Origin: Tubiluchus corallicola
Lineage: Eukaryota; Animalia; Priapulida
NCBI GenBank assembly: GCA_030141605.1
Contig: JAQGDQ010000056.1
Location: forward strand, 434,001 to 498,000
Reading direction: 5' to 3'
Length of the DNA stretch: 64,000 bases
This document shows positions 13,236-27,205 of this stretch, one piece after another; within the stretch, counting starts at the first letter, position 1; every line of letters starts with the position of its first letter. The notes beneath the pieces are model-generated. The model did not search any database. It was not told where the DNA came from and worked only from the letters and a program-made list of their open reading frames with translations. The position numbers and the translations under genes are program-made.

Positions 13236-14429
13236 TATAAATCAAAAATTAATTGCTTTGCTGCAACAACATTTTATGGACCTTACACACGCGTGTAAAT
13301 TCTACTAGTGAATATAATTATTATGGCACGTTGAGAACACTGCAGTGAATTAAAGTTCTTTGACCTGATTTATTGTAACTGGTGCTTCTTTACAATTATT
13401 ACAGTGTGTTTTCTCCATATCACAGTTATTACACATTTACACCGTTAGCAAATTATTGAAAAATTAGATATTATGAGAGCAATTCGTGTAGCTCTATACA
13501 TGTCTCATTTTTATTCGGCGAGGAAATGTATTTTATGTTTAGAATTCGCTCACGTTTGCCATTTCTCATTCAACAATATTTTTGTTCCTGTAAGTCACGT
13601 GATTTAAGAATTATACGTAGGATTTATGAACCAGTGTTATGCGTGTGAAAGCACGACTTTTATAAATGCAAGGCGAATATTATAATAGCTCCAGAAAATT
13701 GAAAATTTATCTGCTGGTAACGAGTTAAGTGCAGGCGTGAGACGGTAAAACAACTCGTCTGGGATAAAAGATGCACTGAACACTGTTACAGGATGGATGG
13801 GAGAAGGTGGATCTATTCCTGGAAGGGGCATTTTAATGTCTGTAAATCGAGTGTTTGAATTTCGAATGGGTTGCTTTTGGCTTCTTTCAGTCTTGTGTAA
13901 ACATTCTTGCTTAATGAGTCCTTAGAATATTTTCTCGTGCTAAATCTTTTCAATGCTACCTCAGTCGCTATGTATTTTCTTCTGGCTCAATAATGGAAGA
14001 TAAATTTAATATTGAGGAAATATTGGAATTCTGCGTCAACTCGTCATTTCATTTTCCACAAACAGCTATGCAATGTGAGGCATTTGCTGTTCGTACAAAT
14101 CATTTCTGCCCGTGCAACTGCAAATTTGCTGTTCATTGCCGCGGGTGCAGCTGCAAATTCACGTTACATTCCTAACTGGAAGTGCTTGTTGCTAAGAAGC
14201 GAAATTTAGTTGGCACTTTTTAAGTTGTAGTCGTACAATCAACATTAAAAACATATGTACAGTAACTTATATACGCAATAGCGATTATACGTAATAACTC
14301 GGTTATCCGCAATAAGTATTGTTTTGGCTGATTTAATAAATAAATAAATAAAATAAATACAGTTCTTTAAAAGCCGTAAAATAGACATTATTACGGCCTA
14401 ACAGAGAGTGCATGGTTCATATTTCAATT

Positions 14430-15521
14430 GACGTCTAACATAATGGCAATCATTTTCGTTGACTGGCCCAATCAGCGTGTACGTTATTTCGCATCCCTGC
14501 AGAGCTAAATGAACGCAGGTAGGTTCGGGACATTTAGCTACAGCTGGGTCTAATGATGTTATAAAGAATGATCAGCTTTTCATTAGTTGGCGGGAAGAAT
14601 ATTGGTCTGTTTCTAGATTTCGTTATTGTCAATTGAAATTGTAAGTGAACTTGTGGTAATATATGGCCTAGTTTCGTCTATAGGAAGAAATGCACAACGC
14701 TTACGTCTATGATTATACCATTTTGCAAACAAGAAAATACGCAATTTAGTTTAGTTTATGGCTTTGCAAGTTAGATAAAAACAACTCTTTGATTAACTTT
14801 AAATAAGGACAAAACAAAATGTTTTCTTCTCTGGCCAGTTTTTATAAACCTCAATGAGATCTTCACAGTCAAAATTAATTCAAATGTGGTCAAAACTTAT
14901 ATTATATACCAATGTAGTAATAATTAATTACTTAATTATCCTATTTTCTGATTATTATATGGCACTTATGTGACTCGGGCATTTAATGTAAGGGTCGTCT
15001 AATGAATGGAACAATAAAATTTGTTCCATTTCCCTAGCCTATCAAACGGAAGAATACAAAAACTGAATAAATCTTGTAGACGAGCACATGATCAGTTAAT
15101 ATAGAAAAATACGTCACAGGCTTGTTGTTCGTATGTTTAAAGGCAAGAGGGACTTGTTGTTGTTCCTCATTTATTGTAAAGCAGGGATAACTGGCTTAGT
15201 TTCTTTATTAATACTTATGCCTCTGTATTTTGTAGTGCTTTGAAACTTCGTCTCTACATTCTGTTTACGTTGAAAAGTCATTTTTGGCTACTCGAAGTGT
15301 TAATTTCGTGTAAAAATAGCTGCTGCTCTGCTAATTTGTGTTTATGGAAAAGTGCAATCAGTTTATCAGTTGATTAGACATTAGTTGTTGCCGTCATGTT
15401 GTTTTGTTTAGTTTAGCTTAGCTTAGACAGTTGGTGTCCTGCGTGACCTGTTGTCCCGAATGCTACTGAGCGTGCTTACGTTACAGCGGGGGCGGAGCGG
15501 TAGACCATTATATTTGACGTC
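14430..15521 (+). mobile_element. ~1.1 kb non-autonomous TIR DNA element, copy 1
   Basis: Imperfect TIRs gacgtctaacataatgg...ccattatatttgacgtc, flanked by AATT/AACT. Colinear with 23181-24344 over its whole length. Confidence 0.8.
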
Positions 15522-18500
15522 AACTTTCTGGGTGATGCGCTTACGTTTTGTTGATTATGATCAGTTAACCAGTTCATGAGTTTGTACATCTAACCATCGT
15601 TCATACGCATCTTTTGTTTCTGTTTACGATTATGGATTCTGTCTTACAAGTATTTCTGTTATGGTCATTACCCCAAGAGACAGCAAAGATTTTTTTATGT
15701 GAGTAACTATTGCTGTGCTCTTCAGACCCTGGCTGCAGACTAGTGTTCTGAGATACCACCGACTGTGCAGTTTAACCTGTAGAAGAGCAATTTACTGCAC
15801 AAATTGTATGTTTTATTGCACTCTTTGCCAATTTCTGCAAATCCAGACAGAGAATTTCGTTCACGATAAACACGTATACAGGTTGCTAGCGTCTTACGAC
15901 TAGGGGTAATCTTTGTTTGCTAGCATTGAGTCTGACGTGTCAATTTGGTGCTAAATATATGCGGGTCTTTTCTTTTTTGTGGTAGTAAAAATATATTGTT
16001 ATGCAGCTTTTAATCGGATTACATACAAAATACGTGAATTTGACTAGACTGAAAATGATAGAATTGTTTTTTGTGTTTGGTAGTTATACAACAGTTGAGC
16101 AGATTTGCTGCATAAGGTAGTACATTTTTGTGCTTATCTTGCTTTTTGTTACAATTTTGTACAAATAAACATGGGAATTTCAGAAAAATGCGAAATGGCT
16201 TAATTTATAGTAAATAAAATTATTTGAAATGCGTCTTGCACATTAACGCTACGTTGACTCGAAAAATCTGTTCTGTTCACTATTAAGCTTGTTAGATTCA
16301 CTCAGTCATTGCATAAATTGCATAAATTGTTGCTAGCGAGAGAATTGCTGCTAATAACTGCCTCAAAAGTTCCATATATATTCAGTCAGGCCGTACGCAT
16401 CTTTAGATGTGGATGGAAAGTTGTGTTTGTACTACTAGAGTGAGCTTCAACCGTTCTAATCTGAGTTTAGATCTTTTAGAGTAAAATTTCCATTACGTCT
16501 GCAAGGGTGATCGGTTAAGGCTGTTTTTATCTCAGCTACGTACACAGCTTATACATGTCAATTAATATATCCTGCATCCGCCATGATGAATGTTCCAATC
16601 GCGAAACTTTAATTAAAATTCAAATTATGATAATTAACGAAACATCGCTAATGTGATTTTACTTTGACGTGGAAAACTCTTTAGTGAGATTAGGAACAAG
16701 TAATTATCTCGACAAGCTTCATTTAATCAAGAGGAATGTATTACGCAGACAGTTATATTACGCTTAATATGTTTTTATAGCGCCGCTGTGCATGATTGCT
16801 TTGAAAGGCGGAATGGAAACATTACATGAGCCAGCTAAGCTACCGATATAAACATGTGTACACGTAGAATAAGTAGTGTTGTTTAAGCATTTATAATTAT
16901 TCCTTATAATTTTGTGATAATTTTCTGTAACTGATTAAAGACAAAAACATAAAATCTCTGTTAAAAAATAAACAAATGGTAATTATTGATCTCAGCTATT
17001 GATTTTAACTTTGATTATAATTAGCCGCACGTTAATTTGTTTGGACTGAATGCAGCACAGCAGTCAGCAGTATACGTGGCAAAACACACCAATCCCATGT
17101 TTTATTATGACGCATCCATGGAACCTAGTGTTCTGCACAGAAAGTGGTTAGACCATTGAGCTATTTCTAAGTTCCAAGAAGTTGCTCCAAGATCATTAAT
17201 AATTATTTATTTTGTACTTTATTATGTGGTATGAGAATGCTATACTGTTGTATTTGTTCATAGATTATTGAAATTTGCTTTTATAAAATTAAGGAGGCAA
17301 AAAATAAGTTAAATGTTGCATCACAAGAAAACGTTTCTGAACAGTTTTCAAACTTTTGAGTGTTACTATAGACTGATACAGGAAAACCACCCTATGTATT
17401 AACTAGCCATTGCTGCACCTGTACGATGGACAGCTTATTCACAGTCGATCATATATTGTTAAAGCCTAGCCACAATGACTTCTATTTTATCACCATTCAT
17501 ATGTTGTTGATGTAGGATATATATTTCACTATTTCGTGCAAAAACTTATTAGTTTACCTCATTATGTGTACGTACTGTATTGGTAAAAAGAATTGAAAAC
17601 ATGTAAAACGACAAAGCCAAGTCTGCTGGAATATTTTAAGCCTGCATTTGCTTTTCGTTATTTCCCTTGATAAGCTTTTCATCTGTGCTGTCACGATTTC
17701 TTAGGACATTTATATTATCAAAATATTTATATGGCTCTATTTAGCATAATTTTAAATAATCGTGATATTGAGCTTTTTTGCAGCCGTTTCTATTTTATAC
17801 TCGTTAGTGCGCGTAACAGTGCATTTGCGGTTTCACGTTTTTAACGTTTTCATCTGCTTTTAATTCTTTCATTACACAATTGTCAAACTTCATTAGATAC
17901 AAATTTCTCAGTTCAATTGCCTTTGAAATAAAGATTTTTTCGATATTCGTCGATATTTTTTATATTTTTCGAAAGTAGGGATGTCATTTTTGGTAATTCT
18001 GTACCGATTGTCATCTGTTGACGGTTTTTTAGTTTTTTCTAATAATAAAAGTCCTTGAGTTTTCGAATATGGTTTCGAATGGTTTGAGAATGTGCCAGAG
18101 CAGGAATTGAACCAAAGGTCTTTTAATGACCGGTGCTCTGGCGAGCACTCAAAAGGGTATGACAGGCTTATTTCTTGCATTGCAAGACTTTATTATGGGA
18201 AACATTTCGGCGGTTTTTGTTATTTTAATTCTTTGTTCAACGCATTCTTGCCAGTAAGGCCAGCTAATTTGCATCAAATGTAGTTACAGGCAGTGTCGCC
18301 ATTATGTTGATTGATTTAAAGGCGTCACTTTATAAAAAATGGGTATTACAAACAGAAACTTTATTAATTTACGACCGTATGCAGAATTCTGGCTAGCTTA
18401 ATATAATTATAATTTATTTATGGAAACAAATTATATACGCCAGTATTACCAAGCTGAACGTGTTATTAAAATAGCTTGACAGTCCTATAAGTTTGGCCAG

Positions 18501-18882
18501 TATTTGACATTTGAGAGTCGACGGGCACGGAAACTCTAGTGAAATGCTGTGCCGTGGTGCATAAAATGTTCCATTTTCAGCTGATGCTGTTTATATTCAG
18601 TAGTTGCCATTGTAATGGCTTCGGTATTACTCGCCTGTCAGCTTTCGTTCGCAAACATATCACTTACACAGGATTATAGACTGTGTTGTGTTTGCATAGT
18701 ATATTACATACAACCAGTAATTTACTGAACCACAAGCTGCGCTTATATCAGGCTACATACCGTTTCTTAGCTATATGCATAAAACGGAAACAGTATAATT
18801 TTTTATGTTTTACATAGTTGGCAGCGAGGCATACAGGTTAACCGTAATGTGGAACGTGCAATAAAGCGATGGCCTAATTAGT

Positions 18883-19449
18883 CATAGACGTACGAGACGG
18901 GTGTGTTACCCTCCCAGAGCAAATGAATTTTACATTTCAAGGGCAAAAACTATTTATTTTCAGGGCAAATAATCATATAATAAAATTTCCAAATTTAATA
19001 CTGAATATTTAAAAAATGCTTAAAATGCACAAGAATAAAGTTTATAAGCTCATGGGATTTAAAGAACGCAAAAGTAAACTTACATTTTATTTTTCTAAAC
19101 ATTTCTGCTAATTTCTGCTTGAAAAATGAAAATATTTGTAAGAGTTTTTCACAGTCTTTATTTTAACATTAAATTTACACATGTTTGCGTTCACTACAGC
19201 ATTTAAAATGTCGTTGTATCACTTGGAATAGGAATACCAGTTGGAAAGAATCGTGAATTGCGTTACTTCATTAAACATCAGTTATTACCCTGGGCTTAAA
19301 TTTTATTTAAAAAACATTTCCATCTTTCTCTTGTCTTGAGAGTCGGGGTTAGGCGATGAACTCCTATCGGGGTTAGGCGATAAATTTTCTGGGCAAATTC
19401 CTTCTGCCTCCCCCCTCCCCTTTGTGAAACTTCCTCTCGTACGTCTATG
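18883..19449. mobile_element. hAT-type MITE (567 bp)
   Basis: Perfect 15-bp TIR catagacgtacgaga / tctcgtacgtctatg. The 8-bp flanks taattagt / taattagc match at 7 of 8 positions, consistent with a hAT TSD. Confidence 0.85.
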
Positions 19450-22190
19450 TAATTAGCATACGCTTCCACTTGGTTTTGGAATCCAGACACAGCATTTTGA
19501 ATTTCGTTTAGCATTCCCAAGTTGTGTGTAGGATTTCCTTTGATATTTCTTCATAAATTTATAATCCCAAATACAGTTTATACATGGTTAAAACATATAT
19601 TAATGATTTAGAATTTATTTGACAAGTAACACCGCTGTGATGAAATTTGATTCAAAATCTGTTTAAAACAAAAAATTCGACTAGACGCGCATTGCAAAAT
19701 CATAAATTTAGCTTTTGGTTGTTTCTCGAAAAACGCACACGAAAATTCCATTTCCATTTTATTCTAACGTTGTGTTGCTATATGTGCTTGTAACCTTGTT
19801 TCAATATTATCATTGCAAATTAATGTTTTCGTTATTGGCTGTCGATGTAGTAACGGTATAATATCGACTGCTGTCTGTGTCGTTTATGTAATAGCACTGT
19901 AGTCAATGATTCCGAACAGTTTTCTGTTTTTTTGTGCGTTTCTCTTGGCCATGAAATCCTGTCGGAATATTGTGAGAGTACGTGTGAAGATATTGTGAAA
20001 ACCTTCTCATTACTGTTTCTCACTATCATGGTTGTCATACAAGTAGCGAGAAAATGGCGATTTCATGAGGGACCAACTTTTTTTTAGCAAAAATACACTT
20101 TTTTATATCACTGTTAGACATTTGCATGTCATTAAATAATAACCCCCCCCCCCCAATATATTGCCATGCAACGTGAACAGCTCAAAATTAATGACTGTGC
20201 TACAAAATGTATAAAATTCATTGATGATTGAACTTAAGCACATTCTTATCAGAAGTATATGGTTGATTATTTCCCGCTAAAATTTAGGAAAATAAGGCCT
20301 AAGTAAAAGTGCATTTTGTTCACGTGTTACGCTTGGTGACACTGTGAGTGACCAAGTCTCTGTCTGTATTTCTCATCCCTCCTCCTTTCTTTCTCTTTAT
20401 CTCTTTCTTTGTCTGTCTCTTCTCTCCATCACTTCTCTCTTTCTCACTCCATTTCGTTGCTTTCTCTACCTCAATTTCTACGCCTATAATGTTTGAATTT
20501 TTCTTCCTTGTAATGCTGAATGTATTCTCATCGACTAGGAATGCACAAATTAGCTAAACAAACTTAAGTTCCTGCTGCGTGAATCACCATTAATACATAT
20601 CGACTTCTGGGAATATTAATTGCTTTGTAATGTACGGTTGTTCTCTTGGGTATCATTCACATGGAGATAACCCTAACTTTGGACGACATTATAAATTTGT
20701 AAGGAAGTACGTATCATTTCAGGCATTATTAATTTTATATTTTCATATCAATAAATTGATAAAGTGCGCGGCTTTAATTGTTGTGTATTCCCGTCTGTTA
20801 ATCGAATTTGTATAACACAATGTGGTTCACCTTCATATATATATCTGCCTGATATAAGTGATATAATAATAATGATCACTGGTGTGGTTCGCGCTTCGTA
20901 TATTTGTACCAAGTGATTTGAGAGATGGAAAGTGACCAAAATCAGCAGCGTAATAAAAGCTTTAAAGGTGACTTCTTTCAAATATTTTCTAATATCTTGC
21001 TGGTGAATGCAATTTTCTGCAAATATTAAACTAGGCGGCCACCATCGCAGTCTTTGTAAACGCTTCAATCCAAATACATGATTTATTAATTTGATGTTTT
21101 TGACGTCGTCAAACATGAAAGAAAAATCATTTTTCAAGCTGGAAATTACGTCTGATTTGCATAAATAATGTTGGGTTGCCATGACAATGGTTATACGTAT
21201 TGCGCAATATTAATTAATTAGAAAAGTAATTCGGTACGACTTTATTTGTTTCGCAAATTACGTTGTGTTGAATATACGAAAATTGTAATGAAGATATAGG
21301 ATATGAGCTACCTGAGATTGCTTAGATGTATCAAAGTGATGAATTTGCAAAAGACAACATATCCCTCCTGCTGTGATCTATTACCATTTTATTTAAAGTG
21401 TTTTTGCCAGTTTTGTATGTATTTTGTTGCTATTTTTATTTGCGCTTGCAAAATTTTTCCGAAATATTCCATAATTTTTTGTCCATAATACATACAGCTC
21501 GACGCAAATTATCATGTAGTTCATTCTCTGCATTACAGTGATCTACAACATAATGTATTTGTAATTAAGCTAGCCCTCAGAGCTTGATATATTCTTCAAT
21601 TTGTACTACTAGTACAGTAGTACTTCGCCTACTTCATGTGTGTGGTTGCAATAAGACCGAAATCTTATTCATTATCAATGTTAATTTCGAATATGTGTAC
21701 GTCCTTTCATCTCGATGTAAACAACCAAATTTTAGGGAGAGTATTGACCATTGCGATCCTCTTCCATTTACTGACAAGTCTCAATGTTGCCCAACTTTGG
21801 TCGCTAAGCAGCAAATTTATTTTATTGTCATTTCTAATTATGTGCATCAGATTTGTCTGTGTTCATACCTGTTACAGAATTTAACAGAAATTACGAGGCA
21901 GTTTTATTTTATATTATACGTATTGGCACAATGGTATATTGGTATATGTGCAATGGTTTGAGAGCTGTGTAACCAACCACTTAATATTGCCTTAAGTCTT
22001 GATTTCATATATAAGTATAATTCATTAACTAGTGTTTGTACGGCTTTAACAAGAGCTCTGCTTAAGAACCCTAGAAAACGCTAAAATTTTTGAACCTGAA
22101 CGATTTGCTCATTTTAAACTTGGGCCTTTGAAAACGGTGTCATTGTTCTTTAATCAGATTTGACAACATGTCTACTGCTTTACATTTTAG

Positions 22191-22387
22191 GTCAAATTGA
22201 TATTAGAGAAGACAATGTCGAGTCTCTTCTTTCAACAGCATCGATCCTTCAGTTGGGTGAAGTAAGCGAAGCTTGTTGTGGGTTTTTAATGAAACAACTC
22301 CATCCTTCCAATAGTATAGGCATTCGAGCCATAGCTGATGCACAAGGATGTTCCAATCTGCTGCAGGTTGCACATAATTACACAATG
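22191..22387 (+). CDS. KLHL5: KLHL exon 2 (BTB end / BACK start)
   Basis: ttttag|GT CAA ATT. Encodes [22 protein letters not shown]...[26 protein letters not shown]...YTM. Donor gtaagt; phases 1/0 fit the neighbouring exons. Confidence 0.95.
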
Positions 22388-22599
22388 GTAAGTTGTCTCT
22401 CTAGTGGTAAGGTAGGTACATTTAGGTACAACTGCTTTTTTACTCTTCTGTTGCAGAGGAGATTTTTCCACTCATGTGTTCCAGGGAGTACAATGAAACA
22501 GTAGTGATAGTAATGGACTAATTAAGTTAGAATGCAAAACAACATGTACAATGTAACACTGTGCCATTATGCAGCTCAGCACGTTTTAGCGTAGTATGT

Positions 22600-23020
22600 G
22601 TTGCAGTACTATACTGTTTTGCCACATAACTGTGAACAACAGCATGCAGCGACACATCTTACCACATCACAGCACATCACACAGTATACCACACCACATA
22701 GTCGACCACTTCACTCCACACTACATCACATCACACAATACCACCATAAAACACCACATTATATTATACTATATGTCTCGACTCTATACCTCACTCCACT
22801 TCACCTCACACAATACTGCAGTACACACATGTATCAATACCATAATACTGCACATCATACAATATCACACCACACTCCACCATTTGTGTATTACATAACA
22901 GCATATTATATAACATATGATGGCACATCACACCATAGTGCTATGTTGTGCAACACAATGCAACAAAATATACGAGCACACTGTACGATTCGATATAATA
23001 ACACAGGATGGCACCAAAAA
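22600..23020. repeat. Degenerate CACAT/CACAC-type pentamer low-complexity repeat
   Basis: Runs such as acacatcac and accacaccac. They generate spurious His-rich ORFs in two frames. Confidence 0.75.
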
Positions 23021-23049
23021 TCATAACGCCATGGGGGTTTTGCAGCATT

Positions 23050-24820
23050 ATATAGTAAACTACGTATAACTTGACCCGGTATAACTCAAATTCTTGCATA
23101 CCTCGAACAGAACTTGTGGAATGGATTTTCCCTGTCATTTTCTCTTTACATCAGATAACTCAAAGTCTGTAACTCGAATTGACGTCTAACATAATGTCAA
23201 TCATTTTCGGTGACTGCCCAATCAGCGTGCAAGTTCTTTCACACACCTCTGCAGCAGGTACGTTTGGGACATTTAATAATAATAATAATAATCTTGTATT
23301 TATCTTTTAACACACGCACAGTTATAATACAGTTAATTTGGTAACAAAAATGTGAAGAAAGGGCAGCGAAAGACCAATTGGTCATCTAGCTACAGCTTCG
23401 TCTAACACTGTTATGAAAAATGCTCAATTTTTCACTATTTAGCGGGAGAAATATTGGCCTTGTTCTAGATTTTATTATTGTCAATTGAAATTGCAAGTGA
23501 ATTAGTGGAAATATATAGTCTAGTTTCATTTATAGGAAGAAATGCACAATGCTTACGTCTATGAGTTGCTGATTAAACCATTTTGCAATCAAGAAAATAC
23601 GCAGTTTAGTTTAGTTTATGGCTTTGCAAGTTAGATAAAAACAACTATTTTTTATCTAAATTAAATAAGGAAAAAACAAAATGTTTTCTTTTCTGGCCAG
23701 TTTTTATAAACCTCAATGAGATCTTCAGAGTCAAAATTAATTCAAATGTAGTCAGAACTTATTATTATACATCAATATAATATTAGCTATTTTTCTGGTT
23801 ATAATCAAGGTTAAAAGATACCATTGGGACTTATGTGACTCGGTCATTCAATATAAGGGTCGTCTATGGAATGGAACAATCAAATTTAACCCGTTTCCGT
23901 AGCCTGACAAACGGAAAAATACAAAACCTTAATAAATCTTGCAGACGAGCACATGATCAATTATTATAGAAAAATGCATCGCAGGCTTGATGTTCGTATG
24001 TTTAAAGTCAAGAGAGACTTAATATTTTTGTTGCTCATTTATTGTAAAGCAAAGCTAACTGGCTTAGTTTCTTTATTATACTTATGTCTCTTTATTTTTG
24101 CATCTTTTGAAATTTTGTCTCTACATTCTGTTTAAATTGTAAAGTCATTTTTTGGCCACTTGAAGTGTTAATTTCATGTTAAAATTGCTGCTGCTCTGCA
24201 AATTTGTGTTTATGAAAAAGAGCAATAAGTTTATCTGCTGACACTAGTTGTGACTGTCATGTTTAGTTTAGCTTAGATAGTTGTTGTGCTGCGTGAGCTG
24301 TTGTCCCGATTGCTGCTGTGCAATAGACCAATATGTTTGACGTCAATTATCGCGTAACTCAAACCAAATTCTTGGCAATTTATAAGAATCCAATTGAAAT
24401 TACCTTGCTATGTCGAACTTGAGTCTCAGGCAGCCTCCCAATTGAGAAATCATACCCGAAAGTATGCACCACATTACGATTTTAACTGCTAGTTTCAGCA
24501 AAATGCTAAGATTTCTTGTATTACCTGTATTACTCTTGTATTAGCAGAACCCTGCACACAACACGGCTTAACGAATGTGATTTAATAACTAGATAACATT
24601 ATTATTGCCACATTGTATTAACCATGCTACCCATGACTGCATTAGTGGTAGATGAGCTATTCATAAAAAATTGCTTGGTATTTTATTAAAAGTTCGGTTT
24701 GTCACTTACGCAGACTGTAGTGTACTGTCCCACGTTGATGAGCAACTCAATCTTGATTTCTTATGAACCTCGTCTAATTTGTACTTTCGTATAACTCGAA
24801 CGTATTTTACGGTCCCGAGG
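23050..24820. mobile_element. Degenerate pogo/Tc1-mariner-like MITE interrupted by the AATT element
   Basis: Starts tatagtaaac and carries repeated ataactcgaa/ataactcaaa motifs on both sides of the 23181-24344 insertion (23081, 23156, 23170, 24355, 24791). The right end is not well defined. Confidence 0.4.
23181..24344 (+). mobile_element. ~1.1 kb non-autonomous TIR DNA element, copy 2 (AATT target duplication)
   Basis: AATT|gacgtctaacataatg...ccaatatgtttgacgtc|AATT. Same body as 14430-15521 plus a ~115 bp insertion at ~23274-23385. Confidence 0.82.
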
Positions 24821-25347
24821 TTGGAACATAGTTTATTATGCAATAAAATACGCCAGTGCTATACAATTCAGTAGGACACAACAGAAAATATACAAGACAG
24901 GTAGCATAATATGTATAAAATGGTTGTATACTATTATAACATTGTGCTTTTCGTCACATCACTTTTTATAAATGTGCAAAGTTTTGAAGCTTATGATGCT
25001 GTGATGCTGAAATAATACCATCAGTTGTTAAAAACTTTCAAATACTTTTTTGCAGTGACTGTAGACTTAGTCTGTGGTGTGAAGAATTTTGTCAACAACG
25101 TACTTGCAGTAGGCAGATTTGAACATATATGGAGTTTCAACAGAGCAATTTTTATAGCTGTTTAACAGAATGTATTGTTGGGGCATTTGTTCCATATTTA
25201 AATGATGGCCTCTGTGCAAGGTCTTGAAATGTTGCCTTATCTGCCGGGTAGCAAATGCTTTTTGCAAATTATGTTTAAAAAAATGTAAAAAATGGTATGT
25301 TAGCGGACGTATCATTTTCTTTAACAGTTTACTTGTTGTTGCTGCAG

Positions 25348-25560
25348 GAAAACTTCCAAGAAATTGCTGGTAATCAAGAATACTTGATGTTACCATTAGA
25401 AGACGTGACAAAGATGCTGTCCAATGATGACTTGAATGTTCCAAATGAAGAAACCATCTTTCAAGCAATGTTACTGTGGGTGAAATATGATCTACCAAAC
25501 AGACGGCAATATTTGCCAGTTTTACTCAGCCATATAAAACTTCCACTCCTTCCACCTCAG
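25348..25560 (+). CDS. KLHL5: KLHL exon 3 (BACK domain)
   Basis: ctgcag|GAA AAC. Encodes ENFQEIAGNQEYLMLP...DDLNVPNEETIFQAMLLWVKYD...HIKLPLLPPQ, then gtaaaa. 213 nt, phase 0/0. Confidence 0.95.
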
Positions 25561-27015
25561 GTAAAAGACAATAGTAAAATAAATGAGTTCCTTGTAAAGA
25601 GTGCAGTTTTGATGTATAGTATATTTTTTTATACATTTTTAAAAAATTGTGATTCAATGAAAATTTGTGTGTTAGTCTGTGTTTATGATAATCACACTTG
25701 ACTAATGTCCCTTTGCAGAAAGTGATGAGATAATTTGCAAGCAAGTTACATGACTGTGAACACTTGTGACTTTTGTTAAATGATAAATATTGACAGACAA
25801 AAGTTGCCTAAACATGACACACTACTAATGATTTTTCTTGCGTGACAAAAATTGAAGACAAAAATTGATAATGTGTTGGCACTTTTATATGAGGTTAGAG
25901 ATATCCTTAGTGTTGGTTTTTAATGGCATAGTGATTTTTGTCACATCCTTGGATATACAAGAAAAATTGAGCAGGATTCAAAAAGATGCTTATCAAACTA
26001 AATCTGATTTTTTTTCAATTTTCCTCGAACCAAACCAAACCAAAACCAAGCTGGAGTCACAGTAGGCCACCCGAAATGTAGCCGAAATTGCAGTAGGCCT
26101 AACCGAAACCAAACTGAAACTGCAGTAGGCCTATGTGCACAGTCAAGCAACAATTAAACAAAATCAGAACAGAAATTGTAAATTAATAAGAATGTATTGA
26201 CAAGACGGCAATTTAATTAGTGAGTTAAGTCCCGAAAGACAAAATGCACTCTACATAAATTGACCCATTTTCAAAAACCACGACATAAATGGAAGCTTAG
26301 ATATGAAATGTAACTAATCACTGTAATTGTTATTAAAAAATATTTAATGAGTTTTACTAAGTTACATTTTGAATAAAAATTTGATAATGTAAATGTGAAA
26401 GCAGAACAAAGTGTTTGACAATTAAATAACACCTGGTATGGTTATTAACACCTGGACGATTTTCACAATTAAGTAGTCAAAGTGTTTAAAGTACCACTGG
26501 ATTGAGTTCAGCTGACTGTTAATGGCATAAAAAGGTAACAGTAGCGCGAATATATAAATTTTCATAAGAGAGGAGTGACATTTTTCAATTTTTTTCATAT
26601 CGTCGTTCTTCACGTAAGCTTATTTGTCGAACAGAAATTTTGTTCAACCAGAACCAAACAGAATCCCTGCTGATTTGGCTCCCCGAATACGATACGGATT
26701 CGGCTTGTCTGCAACCCCCTTGAGGCGCTATTTGATCATAGGCAACTAAGTGGTTTACTAACTCATTGATGTCACTGTTGCAGATGACTAACAAAGAGCA
26801 AACATTGTAATGTTTTATTTAAGATAGAGCAAGCAATAAACAATTTTTAATATCAAAACACCTTACAGCTACTGTACAATAACATTTTAAGTAAATGTTC
26901 ATTTTCTTCTTGTAATATGATCATGTGAATGTTTTAGTCAAATTTGTTGTAATAAAACATTCACATAAATTACCTTTATATGACTGTTTTAAAACTCTGC
27001 TTTTCCTTTTTATAG

Positions 27016-27205
27016 TTTATTGCTGATAGAGTAGAGACAGATCCATTATTCAAGGAAAACAGAGAATGTCAAGACTTGATTATGGAAGCTTTAAAGTATC
27101 ATTTATTACCAGAACGTCGGTCTACCTTGCAGAGTCCTCGGACTAGACCTCGAAAGTCAACTGTTGGTTCACTGTATGCTGTTGGTGGTGTGGAGGCAAA
27201 TAAAG
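27016..27205 (+). CDS. KLHL5: KLHL exon 4 (IVR and start of Kelch 1)
   Basis: tttatag|TTT ATT GCT. Encodes [58 protein letters not shown]. Donor G|gtgcat; phases 0/1. Confidence 0.93.

Noticed and set aside
22596-23026. His-rich ORFs of 100 and 142 aa
   Set aside because: They translate a degenerate CACAT-type repeat, are open in two frames, and lie in KLHL intron 2 with no splice or homology support.
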